The notes beneath the pieces are model-generated. The model saw only the letters and a program-made list of their open reading frames with translations. It did not search any database and had not been told where the DNA came from. From NCBI GenBank assembly GCA_963675495.1, contig OY776215.1, positions 576,001 through 640,000 of the forward strand: a DNA stretch of 64,000 nt, given 5' to 3'. The DNA comes from an uncultured Methanolobus sp. (lineage in GTDB: Archaea > Halobacteriota > Methanosarcinia > Methanosarcinales > Methanosarcinaceae). The translations under genes and the position numbers were made by a program. This document shows positions 11,206 to 19,794 of this stretch, piece after piece (the stretch's first letter is position 1; each line of letters starts with the position of its first letter).

Positions 11206-11546
11206 AAGATGATGAAGTGTTCATTGAACATATTATTGATTCTATCGAGAAGATAGAGTACTTCACAAACGATAAGAAAAAAGATGATTTTCTGGAAGAT
11301 GTGCAACTTCAGGACGCAACGATAAGGAGAATAGAGATTATCGGTGAAGCATCAAAAAACATCTCCGATGATCTCAAAGGACAACATCCAGATGCCCCAT
11401 GGAGTGAAATGGCAAGAACGAGGGACAAATTGATACACGGTTACTTTGGAGTAGACCTTGGACTTACATGGGACATTATTGAACATGATCTGCCTGAACT
11501 CAAGACTAAAATGAAACAAATACTTGATGAAATTAAGTATAAGTAA
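11202..11546 (+). CDS. HEPN (DUF86/HepT-like) RNase toxin, intact
   Basis: IEIIGEASK, PWSEMARTRDKLIHGY (Rx4HxY). Confidence 0.92.
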   Translation: MKDDEVFIEHIIDSIEKIEYFTNDKKKDDFLEDVQLQDATIRRIEIIGEASKNISDDLKGQHPDAPWSEMARTRDKLIHGYFGVDLGLTWDIIEHDLPELKTKMKQILDEIKYK

Positions 11547-11731
11547 GGAGATGGAGCTATTCCATGATTCTTCTTTGCGTGTTCATCCACTTGCAGCAGG
11601 AGAAGTTAGTCTGAGTGAGATCGAAGCTGAGAACTGCTAAAGATCTCTTTGATATTTCTACTGGGAAGTATTGCTTTTGATTTAAAATATTATAACAAAT
11701 TATTGTTTTCGCTCCTTAGCAGCTCAGCAAA

Positions 11732-11754
11732 ATGCCGCCTGCGGCGGGTGGTTG
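11732..11754 (+). repeat. Cassette-boundary motif copy
   Basis: ATGCCGCCTGCGGCGGGTGGTTG. Confidence 0.9.
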
Positions 11755-11809
11755 TTTTCTAGAGATAAACAAAAACAAGAAAAACCTTGAAAACTACAAA
11801 AAAATAGAA

Positions 11810-12150
11810 TTATGGAGGTAATTCGTTCAGCAGGTTCTCGATCACCGGCTTTGATTCCGGAATACCCTTTTTTACACTGAGCCAGACAACTTCAAGATTA
11901 ACACCAAAATAAGCATGTATCAGTTGTCCCGGATGCCTGCCAGATCCTTCCATGGAACTGAGGTGTATGTTTGCCTTATATCATCAGGAATGTTCTTTGC
12001 TGCTTCACCGATTATTTCCAGAACCCTTATAACAGCATACTGGGTTTTGACATCTTCGAGAAAATCCTCAAAGGTGCATTGATCCACAAAGCTCTCAGCT
12101 GCTTCCATGGAATTGTATATGTCCTGTACATAATCTCTTACGTCACGAAT
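11810..12150 (-). pseudogene. HEPN (DUF86) toxin frameshifted within the catalytic motif
   Basis: LEIIGEAAKNIP...PWKDLAGIRD, then a 1-nt deletion (GAC AAC TGA instead of GAC AAA CTG); LIHAYFGVNLEVVW continues in another frame; ATT in place of a start ATG. Confidence 0.85.
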
Positions 12151-12159
12151 GCAGATCCC

Positions 12160-12471
12160 TCAGAGAACTTCTACTTCATTCAGTATGTATTTGCCTATGT
12201 TTGGTTTCAGCGCATCCTTCATGACAAGGTCTACTTTTACCCCCAGAGAATCGGAAAGATAGTTCTCTAAGTGAACAAATCTGAAAATCGTATGTGTCCT
12301 GCTAAATTCTACCAATACATCAAGATCACTTTTCGGAGTATTCTCTCCCCGTACATAGGAACCGAACAATCCTATATAACTGATATTATACTCCCTTTTT
12401 AGCCGCGGTAGCATCTCATGGAGCTGTTTTCTGTATTCTTCTACGTCTTTTTTGTGTTGTATGGGTATCAT
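12160..12471 (-). CDS. Minimal nucleotidyltransferase (MNT antitoxin)
   Basis: GLFGSYVRGENTPKSDLD; paralog of 7475-7783. Confidence 0.92.
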   Translation of the reverse strand: MIPIQHKKDVEEYRKQLHEMLPRLKREYNISYIGLFGSYVRGENTPKSDLDVLVEFSRTHTIFRFVHLENYLSDSLGVKVDLVMKDALKPNIGKYILNEVEVL

Positions 12472-12788
12472 TTAAACGGTCTTATTTGCTTTATATGTTT
12501 GTTTCATATGTATAATTGTTTGTCCTGTTTGGAGAAACAAATGAATTTTAAAAAGATTGATCTTTACCTGAAATATAGCATGTACTTCTTGCTTTTTACT
12601 ACTCAACATGAGAGTGCTGCTTGTAGGATCAAGACTGAAAATTGCTGAAGATCTCTTTGAAGTCTGTATTAGAAAGTGTTGCTTCAGATTAGATATTAGG
12701 CTGGAAATGTAGGATCGTTACCTGATCGATTTTTGTTTTAGATATTTTATGCCTCTTCTTTTATTTTACTAGGCAGCAGTATAGGAAC

Positions 12789-12811
12789 GTGCCGCCTGCG
12801 GCGTATGGTTA
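12789..12811 (+). repeat. Cassette-boundary motif copy (last of array 1)
   Basis: GTGCCGCCTGCGGCGTATGGTTA. Confidence 0.9.
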
Positions 12812-13085
12812 TGTTGGTCTTGAACACTTAGTTCGGTTACTTTGCTAGTTAGTATCAAGGAAACTTTTGTTTTTAAAACTATAAAAGTGCCTTCAAACCC
12901 CAGTTAAATAGCCTTTTTACTACGCTGATCCACCTAACAGGCCATCAAAATCTCAGTTCATATCAATTATTTTTATCTTTATCCTAAACAGTCACTAGTG
13001 ATCGAATTATATTTTTTTGAAGAAGAAAAACAAAACGAACATTTTATAAAAGTGTTCTGTCTTTTCCTGCAACGAGGAGTATCAT

Positions 13086-14168
13086 TTGTCAGAAAAACAA
13101 GAACCCTGTTACGTAAAAAGATCATTTTACAATGAAGATATCCATTATGGGATACATTCCAGGAAGACGTACACAAGCTCACCTCAGGATGCTAAACCGG
13201 ATAATACCCTCGAGCTTCCAACATTTATCCCGAATGCACCCATGAGAGTATACTTTGACCCGACATACCGATGTAACCTCAGATGCAGACATTGCATTAC
13301 TTCCTCATCACCTGACATACAAGCTGAAAATGAACTGGACATCCTGCAGATAAAGAAACTCCTGAACGAACTGGAATCCATCGGGGTACTGGAGCTGGCC
13401 ATCACCGGAGGAGAACCGTTCATACATAAGGATATCTTTGAGATAATCGAATTCGTGCAGGATGGCAACATGAACCTGAGCATTACAAGCAACGGAACAC
13501 TACTAAGCCCGGAAAAAGCAAAAAAGCTTTCTGAGCTGGATGTATCCGATATAAGGATCAGCCTGGATGGTTGTGAGAGTGTGAACGATGACATCAGAGG
13601 CGATGGCTCATACAAAAAAGCCATGACAGGACTCAGAAACCTGATACAGGCAAATGTCCCAGCCACCGTAAGAATGACACTCACCAGTAAGACTCACGAA
13701 GGACTCGAACACCTATTCCATGACCTGCAGGACGTAGGAGTTACAAAACTCAAAGCCGCCATCATCAAGGAAGCAGGTAACGCCACCCTGGAAGAGAACT
13801 CAGACCTCTTCGGCTACCAACCCACAGAAGATGCTGTTCAAAGCTTAATGAAACTCGGAGAAGAAAATAACATATCTGTGGAACTGTCAAGCGAGGATTT
13901 TAATCTTGAACCTGAGCAATCAGGAGACAAAAGATTAAGAGCTGCTGAACACCATACATGCGGAGCAGGACATGAAACAGCCTACATCTCACCAATTGGC
14001 AATGTATTACCCTGCTCATCCATGCCCCACGTGATTTTAGGAAACATAGGAAATGACAGTTTCACAGATGTCTGGGAAGGTCGAGTTACAAAGAAATACA
14101 AGACTTTAGCTCGCCTTTCTGAAGAAAAAGCGATGTGCAAGGCAAATTTTGTAAAACTCTGGCTATAG
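13086..14168 (+). CDS. Radical SAM protein with short SPASM/twitch-type C-terminal domain
   Basis: CNLRCRHC, TGGEPF, ISLDG and CGAG...ISPIGNVLPC motifs; TTG start uncertain. Confidence 0.85.
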   Translation: MSEKQEPCYVKRSFYNEDIHYGIHSRKTYTSSPQDAKPDNTLELPTFIPNAPMRVYFDPTYRCNLRCRHCITSSSPDIQAENELDILQIKKLLNELESIGVLELAITGGEPFIHKDIFEIIEFVQDGNMNLSITSNGTLLSPEKAKKLSELDVSDIRISLDGCESVNDDIRGDGSYKKAMTGLRNLIQANVPATVRMTLTSKTHEGLEHLFHDLQDVGVTKLKAAIIKEAGNATLEENSDLFGYQPTEDAVQSLMKLGEENNISVELSSEDFNLEPEQSGDKRLRAAEHHTCGAGHETAYISPIGNVLPCSSMPHVILGNIGNDSFTDVWEGRVTKKYKTLARLSEEKAMCKANFVKLWL

Positions 14169-14373
14169 TCTGATATTGCAATCGAACAATTCCCAGAAAA
14201 GATGGAAGTAGAATCACCCATCTAATCCCCATACTAATATATATGTACATACATTATTTTGTGCTAATTTCACAAAACTTAAATATGTATAGATTGTTTA
14301 CTGTACCCATTGGCGTACATATAAACAGGCATATCTGGAATGCCTGAATAAAAACATTTGGGTGGATTAAAAA

Positions 14374-15336
14374 ATGGTGGATCACAATAGTTTATCTGAA
14401 AGTAACATACTCGTTACCGGTGGAGCCGGATTTATAGGCAGCCATGTAGTTGACAGGCTTCTGGACATGGGAAACAAGGTAACGGTCTTTGACGATCTGA
14501 GTTCTGGAAGAATGGATTTTATCGATCAACATCTTGACAACCCCAATTTTAATCTCATAAAAGGCGACTTACTTAACACTACAGAAATAGAAGCAGCCTG
14601 CAAGAACATGGATCTCGTTTTCCACATTGCTGCAAACCCCGACGTAAGACTTGGCGCAACAGACACAAAAGTACACTTCGACCAGAACATCACAGCCACA
14701 TACAACCTCCTTGAAGCCATGCGCAAAAGCGGGGTAAAGAACCTGGCCTTCACATCAACATCCACCATCTACGGAGAAGCCACGATAATTCCGACACCTG
14801 AAGATTACGGACCCCTGGTACCAATCTCACTCTACGGCGCATCCAAACTAGCCTGCGAAGCCCTGATCACATCCTACTCCCACACCTTCGACATGCATTC
14901 CTGGATCTTCCGCTTCGCCAACATAATCGGCGACAGAGGCACCCACGGGATCATAGTTGATTTCATAGAGAAACTAAAAAAGAATTCTGCTGAGCTGGAA
15001 ATCCTAGGCGATGGAAAACAATCAAAATCATACCTGCATGTAAGGGAGTGTGTGGATGCTATGATGTTCTCTGTATCTAATAGTAATGACGAGGTAAACA
15101 TCTTCAACATCGGCTCAGAAGATGCGACCAATCCCACCCGTATCGGTGAGATCATAGTCGAGGAAATGAATCTTCAGAATGTTCAGTTCAACTATACCGG
15201 CGGTTCCCGTGGCTGGAAAGGTGATGTGCCAGTAATGATGCTGGGAATCGATAAATTGAAGGAAATGGGCTGGAAGAATGAGTGGGAGTCTGAGAGGAGC
15301 GTTAGGGAGACTGCAAAGGCATTGCTTGGGATGTAG
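14374..15336 (+). CDS. NAD-dependent sugar epimerase/dehydratase (UDP-glucose 4-epimerase-like)
   Basis: VTGGAGFIGSH, YGASK extended-SDR motifs. Confidence 0.9.
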   Translation: MVDHNSLSESNILVTGGAGFIGSHVVDRLLDMGNKVTVFDDLSSGRMDFIDQHLDNPNFNLIKGDLLNTTEIEAACKNMDLVFHIAANPDVRLGATDTKVHFDQNITATYNLLEAMRKSGVKNLAFTSTSTIYGEATIIPTPEDYGPLVPISLYGASKLACEALITSYSHTFDMHSWIFRFANIIGDRGTHGIIVDFIEKLKKNSAELEILGDGKQSKSYLHVRECVDAMMFSVSNSNDEVNIFNIGSEDATNPTRIGEIIVEEMNLQNVQFNYTGGSRGWKGDVPVMMLGIDKLKEMGWKNEWESERSVRETAKALLGM

Positions 15337-15377
15337 AATGATGTTAGTTTCCTCGAGAATTACTCAAAAGGTGGACT

Positions 15378-15965
15378 ATGTTGCTTATTGAGTTGCTAGT
15401 TATGTTAAGTGGTGGTCTTTTTAATTTAAAAGAAAAATGTAGTGAAACAAATATCTTGCCATTACGCTACATATTTTTATTATTATATGTCTCATACCTA
15501 AAAGCAAATGGTAGTTTTATTGGGTATAAATCACAGTTCAAAAGTCCCCCTATCTTCCCCCATGGCATAAATGGAATATTTATTTCGGGAGATGCGAAAA
15601 TAGGATCTGAAAACGTCATATTCCAGAACGTGACTATTGGCTCTAATACTCTACCGCATTCTAAAGGTTTAGGAGCACCCATTGTTGGAGACAATTGCTA
15701 CATAGGGACAGGTGCTGTTATAATAAGTGGTATAAAAATTGGAAACAATTGCAGAATAGGTGCAAATGCTACAGTCGTTCAAGATATTCCTGATAATTCT
15801 TTAGTAGTTTCCCCAAAGTCTGTAGTTATAAAAAAAGAGCAGTTGATGAATAATGCCTTTTTCACAAAAAAGAATGGTAAATGGGGATGCTTTAAAGACG
15901 GTTCATTTTCTGAAGAACGTGATACTTTTGTTGTAGAACAGTTAAATGATGCTTTTTATAAATGA
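15378..15965 (+). CDS. Hexapeptide-repeat O-acetyltransferase (serine acetyltransferase-like)
   Basis: FPHGINGIFIS, VIFQNVTIG, PIVGDNCYIGTGA left-handed beta-helix repeats; start uncertain. Confidence 0.8.
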   Translation: MLLIELLVMLSGGLFNLKEKCSETNILPLRYIFLLLYVSYLKANGSFIGYKSQFKSPPIFPHGINGIFISGDAKIGSENVIFQNVTIGSNTLPHSKGLGAPIVGDNCYIGTGAVIISGIKIGNNCRIGANATVVQDIPDNSLVVSPKSVVIKKEQLMNNAFFTKKNGKWGCFKDGSFSEERDTFVVEQLNDAFYK

Positions 15966-16041
15966 TGATTTGTACAGGTCTAAATTCTGATAATGAAATT
16001 TTAATTGGATCTATAAAAAAAGTTGTACGTTGGTGAAATAA

Positions 16042-16626
16042 ATGAACAATAAAGAGTTAAGATCACTATGGCTATCTGATCTCTATAGATATTCAGGAGA
16101 TAGTACATTAAAGTCATTTGTCAAATGCATACTCTTTGTTCCAGGTTTTAGATATTCATTTTTTATGAGATTATGCAGTACATTAAACACTAGAAAAAGT
16201 TCATTTTTTGTTATTTTGTGTATAATATTTAGAGTATTTTTGGTGCATTATGAAGTAAAATATGGTATTTCTATTCCATATAATACAAAAATAGGAAAAG
16301 GATTTTACATAGGCCATTTTGGAACTATTGTAATTAATCCAAAAGCAGTAATTGGAAACAATTGTAACATAAGTCAAGGAGTTACAATTGGAGTTTCAAA
16401 TAGGGGTGAAAAGAAAGGCTGTCCTTCGATTGGAAATAATGTTTTCATTGGTCCTGGGGCCAAAATATTTGGTTCAATAAAAATCGGAAACAATGTTGCT
16501 ATAGGTGCGAATTGCGTGGTTACAAAAGATGTACCTGATTATGCAGTTGTTGTTGGAGCTCCAGGAAAAGTAATTTCATATAAAGGTTCGATGAGCTATG
16601 TAAACCACACGGATTATTCTATGTGA
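16042..16626 (+). CDS. Hexapeptide-repeat O-acetyltransferase (WcaB/CysE-like)
   Basis: IGKGFYIGHFG, ISQGVTIG, PSIGNNVFIGPGA, VVTKDVP. Confidence 0.88.
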   Translation: MNNKELRSLWLSDLYRYSGDSTLKSFVKCILFVPGFRYSFFMRLCSTLNTRKSSFFVILCIIFRVFLVHYEVKYGISIPYNTKIGKGFYIGHFGTIVINPKAVIGNNCNISQGVTIGVSNRGEKKGCPSIGNNVFIGPGAKIFGSIKIGNNVAIGANCVVTKDVPDYAVVVGAPGKVISYKGSMSYVNHTDYSM

Positions 16627-16764
16627 TTTATAATCATAAATAATCAAATTATACCACAAAACTACAAAAATAGTAATGTATGAACCCTAACACTACAAAA
16701 TGAAAAGAAAGCAAAACAGAGTAAATGACATGACCATCTTCTAAACATCAGTAGGATTATTATT

Positions 16765-17316
16765 ATGAAAGTAGCTAAAACAAAAATCAAAGATCTCTAC
16801 ATAGTAGAACCAGATGTTTTCGGTGATGAAAGAGGCTATTTTTTCGAGAGTTACACCAAGAAGAAACTCGACAGCTTAATTGATGAAAATTATGTCTTTG
16901 TCCAGGACAATGAATCCAGATCATCCTATGGAGTTCTCCGTGGGTTGCACTATCAATTAGCACCATACAGCCAGACAAAACTTGTCCGTGTTATACAGGG
17001 TACAGTGTATGATGTAGCTGTGGACCTGCGTAAAGAATCACCAACATTCGGTGAATGGGATGGAGTAGAACTCTCAGAAGAGAACAAAAAACAGTTCATG
17101 ATTCCAAAGGGATTTGCTCATGGGTTCGTGGTTTTGAGCGAGACTGCTGTTTTTGGCTACAAATGTGATGAATATTACAATCCTGAAGCTGAGAGGGGCA
17201 TTGTTTTCGATGATCCTGAACTTGGCATTGACTGGAAAATTGACATTGATGATCTCATAGTAGCTGAAAAAGACCGAGAATGGCCTGTGATGGCTGAAGC
17301 TGAAATGAACTTTTAG
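16765..17316 (+). CDS. rfbC: dTDP-4-dehydrorhamnose 3,5-epimerase
   Basis: DERGYFFES, VLRGLHYQ, PKGFAHGF. Confidence 0.95.
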   Translation: MKVAKTKIKDLYIVEPDVFGDERGYFFESYTKKKLDSLIDENYVFVQDNESRSSYGVLRGLHYQLAPYSQTKLVRVIQGTVYDVAVDLRKESPTFGEWDGVELSEENKKQFMIPKGFAHGFVVLSETAVFGYKCDEYYNPEAERGIVFDDPELGIDWKIDIDDLIVAEKDREWPVMAEAEMNF

Positions 17317-17318
17317 GT

Positions 17319-18278
17319 GTGGGAAAAATGAAATTATTAGTAACAGGTGGAGCCGGATTCATAGGAAGCAATTTCATAAGGATGATGTTTGCAAAATATC
17401 CCGGAATTGAAATTGTCAATCTTGACAAGCTCACATACGCAGGCAATCTCGAAAGTCTGAAGGATATCTCAGAAACAGGATACAATTTCGTTCAGGGTGA
17501 TATATGTAATCCTGATGTTGTCATGAATGCAATGGAAGATGTGGACACGGTATTACACTTCGCAGCCGAGAGCCATGTGGATCGCTCAATCGATGACAGT
17601 TCCGTTTTTGTCATGACCAATGTAGTTGGAACAAACAACCTCCTCAAATGTGCCATGGATTCCGATGTAAAGCAGTTCATCCATGTTTCTACCGATGAGG
17701 TCTATGGAAGTACCAATGATGATTCTTTCTGTGAAATTAACAATCTGAACCCATCAAGCCCTTATTCGTCAAGCAAGGCAGGTTCTGACCTCTTAGCATT
17801 ATCATATCACAACACATACGGACTTCCTGTAACTGTGACCCGTTGCACGAACAATTTTGGTCCTTACCAGTTCCCTGAAAAACTTATTCCCCTTTTCATT
17901 ACAAACCTTATGGAAGGCAAGCAAGTCCCGGTATATGGCACCGGCCTGAACGTCAGGGACTGGATACACGTTGAAGATCACTGCTCAGGAATCGAATTTG
18001 TCAGAGAACACGGCAAAGCCGGAGAAATATACAATATCGGCGGCGGCAACGAACTCACAAACCTTGAGATCACCCACAGGATCCTCAAAGCCCTTGGAAA
18101 AGATGAATCCATGATCCGCTACGTAGCGGACAGAAAAGGACATGATTTCCGCTATTCCCTTGACTGCAACAAGCTAATGAAAATGGGCTGGAAACCTGCA
18201 TACGACTTTGATTCAGCACTTGACCAGACTATTCAATGGTATATTGATAACAGATGGTGGTGGGAACCATTAAAGTAG
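17319..18278 (+). CDS. rfbB: dTDP-glucose 4,6-dehydratase
   Basis: HFAAESHVDRSI, STDEVYG, PYQFPEKLIP. Confidence 0.95.
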   Translation: MGKMKLLVTGGAGFIGSNFIRMMFAKYPGIEIVNLDKLTYAGNLESLKDISETGYNFVQGDICNPDVVMNAMEDVDTVLHFAAESHVDRSIDDSSVFVMTNVVGTNNLLKCAMDSDVKQFIHVSTDEVYGSTNDDSFCEINNLNPSSPYSSSKAGSDLLALSYHNTYGLPVTVTRCTNNFGPYQFPEKLIPLFITNLMEGKQVPVYGTGLNVRDWIHVEDHCSGIEFVREHGKAGEIYNIGGGNELTNLEITHRILKALGKDESMIRYVADRKGHDFRYSLDCNKLMKMGWKPAYDFDSALDQTIQWYIDNRWWWEPLK

Positions 18279-19063
18279 TGATTCTGGGTGCAGGTGGGAT
18301 GCTGGGTTCTGATCTCTGTGAAGTATTCTCTGATGCTATACAGTTCACACACAAAGAGCTGGACATAACCAACAGAGAGCTTGTGATTAATGCAATCAGA
18401 GAGAACAAGCCTGATGTGGTGATCAACGCTGCTGCTTACACAAACGTAGATCAGGCAGAAGACGAGCAGGAACTGGCGTTTGCTGTGAATGGATATGCAC
18501 CTGGCTATATCGCAGAAGCATGTTCAAATGTTGGTGCAAAGCTCATCCACTACAGTACCGACTACGTTTTTGACGGTACAAAGCAGGAATACATCGAATC
18601 CGACAAAACTAACCCCATTAATGCCTATGGCAGATCAAAGCTACTTGGGGAGCAGGAGATTGCCAGATGCACTGACAATTACATGATCATACGTACTTCC
18701 TGGCTTTTCGGAAAACACGGAAAGAACTTCATTGATACAATGCTGAGACTTTCTCCTCAGGTGGATAATGTAAGGGTAGTGAATGACCAGTTCGGTAAAC
18801 CCACATATACTGCAGATCTGGCATGCAAGACAGCAGAGATAATATATTTGGAGCCAGGAATTTATCACATCACCAACGATGGTACATGCTCATGGTACGA
18901 GTTTGCATCAGCAGCAATAGACAACACATCACCCTGTGCCAGTGAAGAATATCCCACCAAAGCAAAACGCCCTCAATACTCAATTTTAACTAACACCAAA
19001 ATAACTCCAATGAAACATTGGAAAGAAGCCCTAAACGATTACATAAAGGAGTGGAAAAAATGA
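18254..19063 (+). CDS. rfbD: dTDP-4-dehydrorhamnose reductase
   Basis: GAGGMLG, NAAAYTNVD, STDYVFDG, YGRSK. Confidence 0.93.
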   Translation: MVVGTIKVVILGAGGMLGSDLCEVFSDAIQFTHKELDITNRELVINAIRENKPDVVINAAAYTNVDQAEDEQELAFAVNGYAPGYIAEACSNVGAKLIHYSTDYVFDGTKQEYIESDKTNPINAYGRSKLLGEQEIARCTDNYMIIRTSWLFGKHGKNFIDTMLRLSPQVDNVRVVNDQFGKPTYTADLACKTAEIIYLEPGIYHITNDGTCSWYEFASAAIDNTSPCASEEYPTKAKRPQYSILTNTKITPMKHWKEALNDYIKEWKK

Positions 19064-19770
19064 AAGGAATAATACTTGCAGGTGGTACAGGCAGCCGTCT
19101 CTATCCCCTTACAAAGGTCACAAACAAACACCTTTTGCCAGTTTATGATAAGCCCATGATATACTATCCTCTGCAGACCCTCATAGATGCAGACATCAAG
19201 GATATTATGATTGTTTCAGGTCGGGGACACGCAGGTCACTTCTTGGAACTACTAGGCTCTGGAGCAGATTTTGGTGTGAAGTTCACCTACGAGATTCAGG
19301 ATGAAGCTGGTGGTATTGCTCAGGCACTTAGCCTTGCTGAGGACTTTGCTGACGATGATAACGTAACTGTGATTCTTGGCGATAATATCTTCCAGGACAA
19401 CATAAAGAAAGCAGTTCAGGAATTTGAGATGGGTGCTCATATTTTCCTGAAGCCTGTGACTGATGCTCATAGATTTGGTGTTGCTGAAGTTGATACTAAC
19501 AACGGATCTGTTTTAGGTATTGAAGAGAAACCTATTAATCCAAAATCTAATCTTGCAGTGACAGGGTTGTATATATATTCAAATGATGTCTTTGAAGTTG
19601 TGAAAACTCTCAAACCATCTGGCCGTGGTGAATTGGAGATTACAGATGTCAACAATGACTATATTCGGAAGGATGCGATGAAGTTCTCGATGATGGATGG
19701 TTATTGGAGTGATGCAGGTACATTTGAAAGCTTGATGAGAGCATCATTAATGATTGAAAGCAATAGATAG
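19060..19770 (+). CDS. rfbA: Glucose-1-phosphate thymidylyltransferase (short form)
   Basis: MKGIILAGGTGSRLYPLT, PSGRGELEITD; ATGA overlap with rfbD. Confidence 0.9.
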   Translation: MKGIILAGGTGSRLYPLTKVTNKHLLPVYDKPMIYYPLQTLIDADIKDIMIVSGRGHAGHFLELLGSGADFGVKFTYEIQDEAGGIAQALSLAEDFADDDNVTVILGDNIFQDNIKKAVQEFEMGAHIFLKPVTDAHRFGVAEVDTNNGSVLGIEEKPINPKSNLAVTGLYIYSNDVFEVVKTLKPSGRGELEITDVNNDYIRKDAMKFSMMDGYWSDAGTFESLMRASLMIESNR

Positions 19771-19794
19771 TTAAAAGCACAATGGGGAAACTGA

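Larger units (their letters stand above)
6555..12811 (+). repeat. Array 1 of intergenic 23-bp GC-rich motifs delimiting toxin-antitoxin modules
   Basis: Clear copies start at 6555, 7932, 9022, 9439, 10076, 10787, 11732, 12789; degenerate copies at ~7280, ~11587, ~12614; all in the same orientation and all intergenic. Confidence 0.9.

Noticed and set aside
12151-12162. Programmed TGA read-through fusing MNT to the in-frame HEPN
   Set aside because: The HEPN frame follows the MNT stop in phase and lacks ATG, but both copies are otherwise broken; start-codon loss (ATG to ATT) explains it and there is no evidence of recoding
6555-12811. CRISPR array interpretation of the 23-bp repeats
   Set aside because: Spacing is irregular (about 0.15-1.6 kb), intervals contain whole genes, and there are no cas genes
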